DNA of 61,485 nt, filler included. It is 8 parts of 8 records of this genome, joined end to end, with 100 filler letters (N's around TTAATTAATTAA, not from the genome) between each part and the next. Parts side by side here need not be neighbours in the genome. Positions count along the whole stretch, not along the records: positions 1 to 7,611 come from SRR31156797_16721; positions 7,712 to 13,594 come from SRR31156797_16762; 6 more parts are not named here. One strand, 5' to 3'. The notes beneath the pieces were generated by a model, which saw nothing but the letters and a program-made list of their open reading frames with translations, was not told the origin of the DNA and did not search any database. The position numbers and the translations under genes are program-made. Numbering within the stretch: position 1 is the stretch's first letter; each line of letters begins with the position of its first letter. This document shows, one piece after another, positions 1-9,172 of this stretch.

Positions 1-1
1 A

Positions 2-103
2 GAGATAGGTTATTTATGTCCGGGACACCAGGCATGCCAGTCAAACAACGGCAAGACCTGTCACGAGGTATGCCCGCACGATGCCATCAGCCACACCTGG
101 TAG
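2..103 (+). CDS. 3' end of a ferredoxin resembling BzdM (benzoyl-CoA reductase-associated); 5'-truncated
   Basis: Not in ORF track. Hand translation: EIGYLCPGHQACQSNNGKTCHEVCPHDAISHTW*. The C-x3-CP-x2-AISH-x-W ending matches BzdM-type ferredoxins as I recall them. Confidence 0.7.
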   Translation, partial: EIGYLCPGHQACQSNNGKTCHEVCPHDAISHTW

Positions 104-203
104 CCGTGTCGGCGACAGTCCGGACTGGTAGCCGACCAGAGCTCGGACACGGTAAATTTTGAACCAAACAGATTTCATTTTGAAATGAAAGGAGTGGGGG
201 GGC

Positions 204-1316
204 ATGGATATCCAAAATTTTCGTGATGTTTACAACGACAGGTACAAGCTCTCAACGGAGCTGGCGGCCCAGGGGCGAAAGGTAATGAACTTTTCCTGTA
301 TTTTCGTTCCCGAAGAAATCCTGCACGCCGCCGGCATCGTATCGACGCGCATTTTGGGAACGCACGACGAAACGCCGGTGGGGGACGCCTACATTCACAC
401 CAATATTTGCACCTATCTGCGCAGCTGCGGCCAGGAGCTGTTCACGGGAAAGATGGACCATCTGGCCGGTTACGTTTCCTGCAACTCCTGCGACCATACC
501 CGCCGGTTTTTCGACACCTGGAAGCAAATGCGTCCGGCCAAGTTCATGCATACGGTTCAACTGCCGCACAAGACCGACGACATCGCCCTGGATTTTTACG
601 AGAGCCATTTCCGGCAGCTTCGGGAGGCGCTGGAAAAAGAGTACGACGTTAAAATCACCGACGAGAAGCTCTGGGATTCCATCAAGTTGTACAACGAGAC
701 GCGCAGCCTGCTCAAGGAGATCTGGGAGCTGAGAAAATCCTACAACCCGCCCATTACCGGTTCCGAGGCCCTGGACATCGTGCTGGCCGGGTTGGTGCAG
801 CCCCGGGAGGATTACAACCAGATGCTCAAACAGATTCTGCCGGTACTTAAATCCAGAGAGCCGGAAGATGACCGCGAGGATCTGCCCCGGTTGATGGTGC
901 TGGGCAGCGAGCTGGACGATTCCGAATACGTCAAGATCATCGAAGACCTTGGTTGCCTGATCGTCGCCGACGATCTTTGTATCGGCACCCGTTACTTTTG
1001 GACCCCGGTGGAAGTAAACGGTGGCGATCCCGTATCGGCCATGGCCGAGCGGTACCTTCGCGGCAATACCTGCCCGAGAATCTACGGCACGACCATGGAC
1101 TCGGTCATGGAGCTGTACGACGAATACGAGTGCGATGGGTTTTTGTACATTCAGCTCAAGTTCTGCGATCTGGGCGGCGGATTCTACGTGATCCTGAAGG
1201 ACGCCCTGAAAGGTACCGAAAAGCCCATCCTCTACCTGGACCGGGAGTACACCAAGACCGGTATCGGCCAGATGAAGACCCGCGTTCAGGCCTTTTTGGA
1301 AAGCATGGACTTCTAA
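204..1316 (+). CDS. 2-hydroxyacyl-CoA dehydratase / class I benzoyl-CoA reductase family Fe-S subunit (BzdN/HgdB-like)
   Basis: Motifs VPEEILHAAG, NSCDHTRR, RLMVLGSELDD, DDLCIGTRYFW, KFCD, GQMKTRVQAFLE; RBS GGAG upstream. Confidence 0.85.
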   Translation: MDIQNFRDVYNDRYKLSTELAAQGRKVMNFSCIFVPEEILHAAGIVSTRILGTHDETPVGDAYIHTNICTYLRSCGQELFTGKMDHLAGYVSCNSCDHTRRFFDTWKQMRPAKFMHTVQLPHKTDDIALDFYESHFRQLREALEKEYDVKITDEKLWDSIKLYNETRSLLKEIWELRKSYNPPITGSEALDIVLAGLVQPREDYNQMLKQILPVLKSREPEDDREDLPRLMVLGSELDDSEYVKIIEDLGCLIVADDLCIGTRYFWTPVEVNGGDPVSAMAERYLRGNTCPRIYGTTMDSVMELYDEYECDGFLYIQLKFCDLGGGFYVILKDALKGTEKPILYLDREYTKTGIGQMKTRVQAFLESMDF

Positions 1317-1357
1317 CATCCCTTACAGATGAACGAAAATCAGGAGGAACGGTAAAG

Positions 1358-2644
1358 ATGGCACAACAAGATACAGTACAGGCCAAGATGGCCGTCGAGA
1401 ACATCATGGAGGCCTTCCGGGTCAGGTGGGAATACTCCAAGGAAAAGGGCGATCGTTACGCCTCTGAAATGTTTTACAAACTCATGTTCGACGTTTACAC
1501 GGAACTGACCAACGCCAGAAAAGACGGCAAACTGATCACCATGAGCTGCATGTACGGCCCCGTGGAGGTCTTCAAGGCCCTGGACATCGCATACCTCTTG
1601 CTGGAGGATTTCTCCTTGATCTCGGGCAACCTGAACGAGGCCACCAAGTATTTCGAGACCGCCGAGGGCATGGGATTTCCCAAGGAGACCTGCCGCGTGG
1701 GGTCGTTGGTTCTGGGGTTGGGCGGTGACCACGTGATTCCGACGCCCGATTTCATCACCAGCGTGGGATTCTTGTGTGACACCTGCGAGACGCCCAACTG
1801 GGGGTTGTCCAAGATTTACGACGTTCCCGAGTTCATGATCGACTGCGGTTACGACTGCCGCAACGAACAAACCATCGAGTACTATCGCGGGCAACTGATC
1901 GAGTTCGTCAAGTGGATCGAAAAGACCTACGGCCGCAAGATGGACGAGGACAAGCTGAAGGCGATCTGCAAGGATTCCAAGCGGGCCACCGAGGCTTTTT
2001 TCAAGGAAAACCTGCTTCGGATCAAGAAGCCTTGTCCCATCAGCGTCAAGGATAACATCAAGAACTACTCTTTGTGCCTGGAGCAGGTGGGCAATCCGGA
2101 GCTCGCCGACTTCATGGAAAAGCATTACGAGATGATCAAGGAGCGTGTGGACAAGGGCATCGGCGTGGTCGAGGGCAAGGAAAAGCATCGCATTTTCTGG
2201 ATTGCGGCCTATCCGTTCTTCGATCTGGGCATCGCCGAGTGGTTGCGGACCGAGCACAACTCCATCGTGGTGGGCGACTTTTTCGATGCCCGGACCTTCA
2301 ACGCCACCTTGCCCAGCTTTACCTCGGACACGGACGATCCGTATCGGTACATGGCCGAAAAGACCTTGAACTGGCCGGGCGCCCGCTGCTGCCAGTCCTT
2401 CGAGGACTACATGCCCGACATCGTCAAGTTCTGCAATGAGGCCGAAGTGGATCTGGCGGTGATGTACATGAATTTCGGCTGCAAGTGCGTATGTGGACAC
2501 AAGGGCGCATGGGCCGATCGTCTGCAAAAAGAGTGCGGCATCAAGACCATCAACATCGACGGCGACATCCTGGATCCGCGGGTCGCATCGCCCAAGCAGA
2601 TCCGGCAGCAATTCAACCAATTCTTTGCGGTTTTGGATGGATAA
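1358..2644 (+). CDS. 2-hydroxyacyl-CoA dehydratase / benzoyl-CoA reductase family second Fe-S subunit (HgdA/BzdO-like, divergent)
   Basis: Start moved to ATG 1358 after AGGAGG. Motifs AEGMGFPKETC, PTPDF..CD, FGCK, IDGDILDPR. Confidence 0.85.
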   Translation: MAQQDTVQAKMAVENIMEAFRVRWEYSKEKGDRYASEMFYKLMFDVYTELTNARKDGKLITMSCMYGPVEVFKALDIAYLLLEDFSLISGNLNEATKYFETAEGMGFPKETCRVGSLVLGLGGDHVIPTPDFITSVGFLCDTCETPNWGLSKIYDVPEFMIDCGYDCRNEQTIEYYRGQLIEFVKWIEKTYGRKMDEDKLKAICKDSKRATEAFFKENLLRIKKPCPISVKDNIKNYSLCLEQVGNPELADFMEKHYEMIKERVDKGIGVVEGKEKHRIFWIAAYPFFDLGIAEWLRTEHNSIVVGDFFDARTFNATLPSFTSDTDDPYRYMAEKTLNWPGARCCQSFEDYMPDIVKFCNEAEVDLAVMYMNFGCKCVCGHKGAWADRLQKECGIKTINIDGDILDPRVASPKQIRQQFNQFFAVLDG

Positions 2645-2660
2645 TCGCAAGGAGGCCGGC

Positions 2661-2939
2661 ATGAGCGAAGATACATTGGAATTTTTCAGAAAATTCAAGG
2701 ACGCCAAAAAGACATTCTTTAAAAGTTTTCGCCAGGCGAAAAAGGATGTCATTTTACAGGATGAAGACGATTTTTTGGACGACATGGTCGAGTACATGCA
2801 GGCAACGCACGGCATAAGCGAGGAGGATGCCGAAGAGTACGCCGATCGCATTTACGAAATTTGGGAAGATTGCAGTTGCAGCATGACCGCATTCGATCGG
2901 GAGATGAATGATATCAAAAAACAGCTTGAGAACGGCTAA
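2661..2939 (+). CDS. 92-aa acidic hypothetical protein inside the operon
   Basis: AAGGAGG RBS before ATG 2661 (MSEDTLEFFRKFK...KKQLENG); fills the gap between subunit and activator genes. Confidence 0.7.
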   Translation: MSEDTLEFFRKFKDAKKTFFKSFRQAKKDVILQDEDDFLDDMVEYMQATHGISEEDAEEYADRIYEIWEDCSCSMTAFDREMNDIKKQLENG

Positions 2940-3034
2940 GTTCGGTTTCACTTGTCGCCGGCCGGCCGATAAAGAGTGATTCAGCCACAGGTGGACGCAG
3001 CCGGACGCCAAAAATATTTATAAGGGGTGAACAA

Positions 3035-3850
3035 ATGATAGTATGCGGATGTGATGTCGGATCGACAACAGGCAAGATTGCGCTCATGGAAGACGGCAAG
3101 TTGCTGTGTTCTTCCATCGTGCCCTCATCGGCGATATCCGAAAAAACTTCTCAGATCGCCTTTGCCGAAGCCACCAAGGCGACTGGCATTAAACTCGAAG
3201 ATGTGGCTTTCACCGTTGGGACGGGGTATGGCCGGGCGGTCATCCCGTTTTCCAACAAGAATGTGTCTGAAATTTCCTGTCACGGGTTGGGTGCGTTTTG
3301 GGCCGACCCGGCAATTAAAACCATCGTGGACATCGGCGGCCAGGACTGCAAGGTCATCCGGATCAACGATACCGGCAAGGTCGAAGACTTCGTCATGAAT
3401 GACAAGTGCGCCGCCGGCACGGGTCGTTTTCTGATGGAGATCGCCAAGGCGATCGGTATCAAGGTCGAGGATCTCGGTCCCTTGACGTTAAAATCCGACG
3501 AGGTATTCGACATCAGCGCGGCCTGTTCCGTGTTCGCCACCTCCGAAGTGATCAACCTGCAAAAGGCCAAGAAACCGCTGGAAGGCATTTGCGCCGGTTT
3601 GAACATGTCCGTGGCCCGAAGATGCCAGGCGTTGGTGAACAAGGTGGGAATGGAAGCCGAATTCATCGTGTCCGGCGGCGTATCGAAAAATCAGGGGGTT
3701 GCCGCCTTTTTGGAACAGCTTTTGAAGACCAAGATTTTATCCATCGGGGTAGATCCCCAGCTTCTGGGCGCCATTGGCGCGGCCTGTTTTGCCCAAAAGG
3801 CGTTGGAAAAGAAAGACAAGAAAAAGAGCCGCAGAAGACGCCGGAAATAG
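3035..3850 (+). CDS. CoA-substrate-specific enzyme activase (ASKHA ATPase, HgdC/BzdQ-like) 1
   Basis: GCDVGSTTGK, GTGYGR, DIGGQDCK, MNDKCAAGTG, CSVFATSEVI, SGGVSKN; basic C-terminal tail. Confidence 0.9.
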   Translation: MIVCGCDVGSTTGKIALMEDGKLLCSSIVPSSAISEKTSQIAFAEATKATGIKLEDVAFTVGTGYGRAVIPFSNKNVSEISCHGLGAFWADPAIKTIVDIGGQDCKVIRINDTGKVEDFVMNDKCAAGTGRFLMEIAKAIGIKVEDLGPLTLKSDEVFDISAACSVFATSEVINLQKAKKPLEGICAGLNMSVARRCQALVNKVGMEAEFIVSGGVSKNQGVAAFLEQLLKTKILSIGVDPQLLGAIGAACFAQKALEKKDKKKSRRRRRK

Positions 3851-3890
3851 GAAACAAGATTCACGTATAAATCAAGGAGGTACCCAGAAG

Positions 3891-4664
3891 ATGATTACTT
3901 GTGGATGTGATGTGGGATCGAGGGCATGCAAAGTGGCTATTCTCAAGGACGGTGCGATCGTCGGCACGGCCATCGTCAAGGGGACGGATGACAACACCGC
4001 ATCGGCGGAAAAAGGATTGTCTATCGCATTGGAGAGCGCCGGCATTGGCAAAGATCAGATCGACGTGATCTATGGCACCGGCTATGGTGAGGTTGAAATA
4101 CCGTTCGCCAAAAAGATTCTTCCCGAGATGAACTGCCATGCCAAAGGCGCCTTCATGGTATATCCCAATGCGCGCACCGTCATCGATATCGGCGGCATGG
4201 ACTGCAAGGTCATGCGGATCAACGATCAGGGGACCGTGGAGAATTTTACCCAGAACGACAAATGCGCGTCGGGAACCGGTCTGTTTTTGGAAGATATCGC
4301 CACCGTGCTCGAATTGAAGGTCGAGGAGCTGGGGGATCTTCACCAACAGAAGACCGAAGATGTCAAGGTGACCAACCAGTGCAGCGTGTTCGCCCTGTCG
4401 GAAGTGATCTCGCTGGTGGCCTTGAAGATCACCGTTCCCAATATCGTCGCCGGTATTCACAGCGGTGTGGCCAACCGGGTCGTGTCCATGGTTCACCGTC
4501 TCGGCCTGGAAGGCGAGTACGTGCTGTCCGGCGGCGTCTCCAAAAACAAAGGTGTTTTTGAAGATATCGAGCGCAAGCTGGAGATCGAGTTGGCCGTATC
4601 GGATGTGGACCACCAGTTGCTGGGCGCCGTGGGCGCCGCTGTTTTGGCCAGCCAGGAGGCCTAG
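3891..4664 (+). CDS. CoA-substrate-specific enzyme activase (ASKHA ATPase, BzdP-like) 2
   Basis: Start ATG 3891 after AAGGAGG. GCDVGSR, GTGYG, DIGGMDCK, NDKCASGTG, CSVFALSEVI. Confidence 0.9.
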   Translation: MITCGCDVGSRACKVAILKDGAIVGTAIVKGTDDNTASAEKGLSIALESAGIGKDQIDVIYGTGYGEVEIPFAKKILPEMNCHAKGAFMVYPNARTVIDIGGMDCKVMRINDQGTVENFTQNDKCASGTGLFLEDIATVLELKVEELGDLHQQKTEDVKVTNQCSVFALSEVISLVALKITVPNIVAGIHSGVANRVVSMVHRLGLEGEYVLSGGVSKNKGVFEDIERKLEIELAVSDVDHQLLGAVGAAVLASQEA

Positions 4665-4669
4665 GCGGT

Positions 4670-4699
4670 TGTTGCCGTCAAAAGGCGGCAACATCTTTT
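4670..4699 (+). terminator. Probable intrinsic terminator after the activase pair
   Basis: TGTTGCCG...CGGCAACA stem followed by TCTTTT. Confidence 0.5.
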
Positions 4700-4726
4700 A
4701 CGATGTTCATGCAAAAGGAGAATCAA

Positions 4727-5173
4727 ATGACCGGCGCGAATATTGAAATCAGGGATATGTCGGAAGACGATCTCAACGACGTTATCGAAATTTACAAGGG
4801 TCTTGTCGATGAGGACCGCATGCTCAGTTTTTCTCATCAGAACTACTCCATCGGCGGGCAGATGGGCTTGAGCAAGGTGGCGGAATTGGACGGCAAGCTG
4901 GTGGGATTCATCTTGGGCCGGCGGCAACCGCATCCCCATTTGTTCAACGACGTCGGCAACATCATCGGTATCGGCATTTTGCGCCAGGCCCAACGCCAGG
5001 GGGTCGCCTCCAAAATGGTCAAGGCCTTTGTTGAAAATTGCCAGGCGAAAAAGATTTCCATGGTGACCGCTTCCATCAACACGCATGATAGGCCCATGCA
5101 GGCCTTTTACAAGGCGTTGGGGTTCGGGTCGACGGATATGATCGAGTTGAGTGTCAACACGTCGGCTGCTTAG
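4727..5173 (+). CDS. GNAT family N-acetyltransferase
   Basis: IRDMSEDDL, VAELDGKLVGF, acetyl-CoA motif QRQGVA, FYKALGF; RBS AAGGAG. Confidence 0.85.
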   Translation: MTGANIEIRDMSEDDLNDVIEIYKGLVDEDRMLSFSHQNYSIGGQMGLSKVAELDGKLVGFILGRRQPHPHLFNDVGNIIGIGILRQAQRQGVASKMVKAFVENCQAKKISMVTASINTHDRPMQAFYKALGFGSTDMIELSVNTSAA

Positions 5174-5210
5174 CCGGCGGGGCACAGGTTTTCACAAAAG
5201 AGAGGGGCGT

Positions 5211-6434
5211 ATGGATTTCAACCTGACTCCGGAGCAAGCAGAATTTCAAGATCAATTCGTCAAATGGTTAAAGGAGAACATCCCGGAAGAGTACGATCCA
5301 AACGATATAAAATTCGATGATCATCAAGTCTGGTCCCGGGCCTATCGCAAGCTGCAAAAGCGATTGTTCGATGCCGGGTACGCCGGAAATCATTATCCCA
5401 AGGAATACGGCGGGCAGGGCAGGGGGTTGATGGAGGAGGCGATCATCTTGGACCGGCTTTGCTACTATTGTGAAGAGCTGAGAAAGCCCGGGCTGTCCAC
5501 CCACAGCCTGGCCGGTCCGACGATCTTTCACTGCGGCAGCGAAGCGCAGAAGAAATTCTTTCTGCCCAAGATTTTGGACGGTTCCCACGTCTGGTGCCAG
5601 GGTTTTAGCGAACCGGACGCCGGCTCGGATATCGCCAACGTCTCTACCCGGGCGGTGCGAGACGGCGACCATTACATCGTCAACGGCCAGAAGGTCTGGA
5701 CCACCTTCGCGCAGTTCGCCGACTATTGTATCCTGGTGGTGCGCACCAACGAGGATGTGCCCAAGCATTTGGGGTTAAGCTACCTGCTGGTGGACATGAC
5801 CCTGCCCGGCATCGAAATTCGTCCCATCTACCAGCTCTCCGGGGATCCCGAGTTCAATGAGACCTTTTTCGACAATGTCAAGGTGCCGGCCGACATGTTG
5901 GTGGGAAAAGAAGACGGCGGATGGCAGGTGCTGTTGACCACCTTGATGTTCGAACGGGCGTTGGGGGACATGATGTGGCCCTCCAAGTACCTGATGGAAC
6001 TGGAGATGATGGTCGACTACGCCAAGGTGCACAAGCGTTCCGGCAAACCGGTGCTCGCCGATCATCATTTTCGTCAGCAGATCGGGCAGGCCTATACGGA
6101 TATCGCGGTATTGCGGTCTCACGCCCTGCGCAACCTGAGCAAGACCGTGGAGACGGGGGTTCCCGGACCCGAAGGTTCCATTTGTAAACTGTTGTGGAGC
6201 GAGCCCCATCTGCGCATCCTCGAAGACGGCATGGGCATGCAGGGCATGCTCGGCACGATCGAAAAGCAATCCAAATGGGCGGACAAAAGCCCGTGGGCGG
6301 TCCACTCCGGCTACTGGCAATTCGAATACTTGCGTTGTCTCGGCGAGAAGATTGCTGGCGGTACGTCGCAAATCCAACGCAACATCATCGCCGAGCGTGT
6401 GCTCGGATTGCCCAAAGACGATGCAAAGGCCTGA
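5211..6434 (+). CDS. Acyl-CoA dehydrogenase (large subunit of a probable heteromeric pair)
   Basis: WCQGFSEPDAGSD, NGQKVWTT, EFNETFFDNV, TLMFER, IAGGTSQIQRNII. Confidence 0.9.
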   Translation: MDFNLTPEQAEFQDQFVKWLKENIPEEYDPNDIKFDDHQVWSRAYRKLQKRLFDAGYAGNHYPKEYGGQGRGLMEEAIILDRLCYYCEELRKPGLSTHSLAGPTIFHCGSEAQKKFFLPKILDGSHVWCQGFSEPDAGSDIANVSTRAVRDGDHYIVNGQKVWTTFAQFADYCILVVRTNEDVPKHLGLSYLLVDMTLPGIEIRPIYQLSGDPEFNETFFDNVKVPADMLVGKEDGGWQVLLTTLMFERALGDMMWPSKYLMELEMMVDYAKVHKRSGKPVLADHHFRQQIGQAYTDIAVLRSHALRNLSKTVETGVPGPEGSICKLLWSEPHLRILEDGMGMQGMLGTIEKQSKWADKSPWAVHSGYWQFEYLRCLGEKIAGGTSQIQRNIIAERVLGLPKDDAKA

Positions 6435-6487
6435 CCGGTTGCCGACAGCGATAAAAGCGGAGAATCAATCGTAGAAAGGATATTGGT

Positions 6488-7611
6488 TTGGAAATAAAAC
6501 TGAGCAAAGTTCAAACTGCCATCGCCAAGGAATCGCGCAAATTTTTGCAAAAAGAGTGCGCCATGGAGCGTGTCAGGGAGATGTTCGACGACCCGGCCGG
6601 ATACTCGGAAGCCGTTTGGGATAAAATGGGCGAACTGGACTGGATGAACACCTGCATTCCCGAAGCCTATGATGGTGCCGGCATGGATCAGTTGGACCTG
6701 TGCATCATCTTGGAGGAGATGGGACGAGTGCTGGTTCCGGAGCCTTTTTTCTCCACCGTCCTTTTGACCGGCGGGGTGATCATGGCGGCGGGCAGCGACG
6801 ATCAGAAGAAACGGTGGCTGCCCAAAATCGGTACCGGCGAAGTCCGCGGCACCCTGGCCCTGTCCGAGATCGACGGCGGGGCGGATCCCGGTTACGTCCA
6901 AATGGCGGCCGCCGCCGACGGCGACGGGTTCATCCTAAGCGGAACCAAGGCGGCGGTAACCGACGCCCAGGCGGCGGAGATCATGGTGGTTGCGGCGCGC
7001 ACCACGCCGGGAGAAGATCCGGAAAAGGGGATCACCCTTTTTCTCGTGGATCCCAAGGCCGCGGGGGTGGAGATGGAATTGTTGCCGAACATGGACGGCA
7101 CGCGCAAACTGAGCATGGTGATCTTCAAGGACGTGAAGGTGCCGGGCGGTGCGGTTCTGGGGGCGGTGAACCAGGGCTGGGGGCCGTTGTCCACGGCCAT
7201 GGACCGGGCCAACGTGGGGCTTTGCGCCGAGTGCATCGGCGGCGCCCAGCGGGCCATGGAAATGGCCGTGGAGTACGCCAAGACCCGGGTGGCGTACGGC
7301 AAACCCATCGGCGCGTACCAGTCGATCAAGCACATGTGTGCCGAGATGTACGTTGGCGTGGAGAGTGCCCGTTCGCTGGTCTACTGGGCGGCCTGGGCCC
7401 AGGATCATGGGGATGAGAGAGACGCGGCCCTGGCAGCAGCGGCGGCGAAGGTTCACACCTCGACGATGTACAAGGATGTCTGCGCCAACACCATTCAGAT
7501 CCACGGCGGCGTGGGCGTCACCTTGGAGTACGATCCGCACCTGTACCTTCGTCGGGCCAAGGAAAGCAAGAACCTGTTGGGGGATGCCACCTATCATCGG
7601 GAACAAATCGT
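6488..7611 (+). CDS. Acyl-CoA dehydrogenase (small subunit type); 3'-truncated by linker
   Basis: TTG start after GAAAGG; EEMGR..VPEPF, AYQSIKHMCAEM, IQIHGGVGVTLEYDPHLYLRRA. Confidence 0.9.
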
Positions 7612-7711
7612 NNNNNNNNNNNNNNNNNNNNNNNNNNNNNNNNNNNNNNNNNNNNTTAATTAATTAANNNNNNNNNNNNNNNNNNNNNNNNNNNNNNNNN
7701 NNNNNNNNNNN
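7612..7711. other. Artificial contig linker
   Basis: 44 N + TTAATTAATTAA + 44 N; genes truncated and composition changes across it. Confidence 0.98.
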
Positions 7712-7759
7712 GTTTACCTCGAATTCGGCCTTTCCAAAGCCTGTCATTGATTTTATCAT
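7712..7759 (-). CDS. yicC: 5' end of YicC/YloC family endoribonuclease (truncated)
   Basis: Hand translation MIKSMTGFGKAEFEVN, the characteristic YicC N-terminus. Confidence 0.8.
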
Positions 7760-7775
7760 GCTGAAAAAATTTGTG

Positions 7776-7783
7776 CAAAGTTA
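7776..7783 (-). promoter_or_regulatory. Bacteroidota -7 promoter element for yicC
   Basis: TAACTTTG matches TAnnTTTG, just upstream of the start codon. Confidence 0.6.
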
Positions 7784-7897
7784 ATAAAAGTCAGAAGACC
7801 AAAGCCGGAAGTAGTGAGAAAGTAACAGTTAGCCTGAGGTTAGAAGCATACTGGGTTTGTTTTTTTGTCAAACCTGCTTCCTGCCATTCATCAAAAT

Positions 7898-9076
7898 CTA
7901 TGCAATTACACCAGAACCAATCAGTTCATCTTCCTTGTACCATGCGGCAAACTGACCAGATGTAATTCCTCGTTGTTCGTTTTCGAAAATAAACCAGGCA
8001 CCATCTTCCTTCATATGTATGGTTCCCCTTTCCAGGGGCTGTCGGTAACGGATACGAATATCAAAATCGAGTTTTTCTCCCGCTTTCATTTTTAAATCAT
8101 GACGGATCCAATGCATATCTTCCCTGCCAACATACAAACCTTTTCGGTATAATCCCGGATGTTCGGCACCTTCACCTACGTAAATAATGTTGCGTTTCAC
8201 ATCCGTGCCAATCACAAATAGCGGTTCTTTTCGCCCTCCAATGTTTAATCCCTTGCGTTGTCCAACGGTGTAAAAATGCGCCCCCTGGTGCTCACCAATT
8301 ACTTTACCATTCCAGGGTTTGTAAGGAAACTGAAAACATAGTTTTTTATAATTGTCTTCTGTTATTTCCAGTTGCTTTTTCTTTGCCATAAAAGCAGCCG
8401 GAATATCGATCACATTCCCAACTTTAGGTTCTAATTGTTGCTGAAGAAATGTTGGTAAATCTACTTTCCCTACAAAACAAATTCCTTGTGAATCTTTACG
8501 TTCGGCAGTTGGTAGATTTTGTTGGCGGGCAATTTCGCGCACCTCGGGTTTTAGCAACTCTCCAACCGGAAACATGGCCTTAGAAAGTTGCTCCTGGTTC
8601 AACTGGCATAAAAAATAACTTTGATCTTTATTCGGATCTTTTCCTGCCAGAAGTTGATGTACCGCTTCTCCATTTACCTCAATCTCACTTTTTCGGCAGT
8701 AATGTCCTGTCGCCACAAAGTCGGCATCAAACTTCATTGCTTCTTCCAAAAAAGTATCAAATTTTATCTCCCGATTGCAAAGTACATCAGGATTTGGAGT
8801 ACGACCGGCCTGGTATTCAGCAAACATATAATCTACCACACGTTTTTTATAGTCTTTGCTTAAATCCACAATATGGAACGGGATATCAAGCTTTTTAGCC
8901 ACCATTTTTGCAATAAAAGCATCGTCTTCCCAGGTACAGGCACTGGTAACATTCCCAACACGTTCGTGCCAGTTTACCATAAAAAGTGCAATCAGATCGT
9001 GCCCCTGCTCTTTTAGCAAATAGGCCGCCACACTCGAATCAACTCCCCCCGAAAGTCCTACTACTACTTTGCTCAT
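7898..9076 (-). CDS. mnmA: tRNA-specific 2-thiouridylase MnmA
   Basis: SGGVDS, TPNPDVLCNREIKF, ATGHY, KDQSYFL, KDSQGICF, TVGQRKG, GQFAAWY; start set to MSKVVVG. Confidence 0.97.
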   Translation of the reverse strand: MSKVVVGLSGGVDSSVAAYLLKEQGHDLIALFMVNWHERVGNVTSACTWEDDAFIAKMVAKKLDIPFHIVDLSKDYKKRVVDYMFAEYQAGRTPNPDVLCNREIKFDTFLEEAMKFDADFVATGHYCRKSEIEVNGEAVHQLLAGKDPNKDQSYFLCQLNQEQLSKAMFPVGELLKPEVREIARQQNLPTAERKDSQGICFVGKVDLPTFLQQQLEPKVGNVIDIPAAFMAKKKQLEITEDNYKKLCFQFPYKPWNGKVIGEHQGAHFYTVGQRKGLNIGGRKEPLFVIGTDVKRNIIYVGEGAEHPGLYRKGLYVGREDMHWIRHDLKMKAGEKLDFDIRIRYRQPLERGTIHMKEDGAWFIFENEQRGITSGQFAAWYKEDELIGSGVIA

Positions 9077-9094
9077 TAATACAATTTTGGGCTG

Positions 9095-9126
9095 CAAAAA
9101 TAACAAGGAAAAACCGAAATGGCAAA
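9095..9126 (-). promoter_or_regulatory. Bacteroidota primary-sigma promoter for mnmA
   Basis: TTTG-N20-TATTTTTG on the minus strand. Confidence 0.65.
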
Positions 9127-9172
9127 AGTCACCTTTCTTCAACAATAAAACAGATGTAGGTACAATGATACT

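Noticed and set aside
97-152. CTGGTAGCCG direct repeat and CCGTGTC/GACACGG stem after the ferredoxin
   Set aside because: Two short copies only; at most an intercistronic hairpin.
252-7606. Long antisense and alternative-frame ORFs (252-1319, 1340-2851, 3861-4694 and others)
   Set aside because: Shadow ORFs of GC-rich genes with no family motifs; the opposite strand has clear genes.
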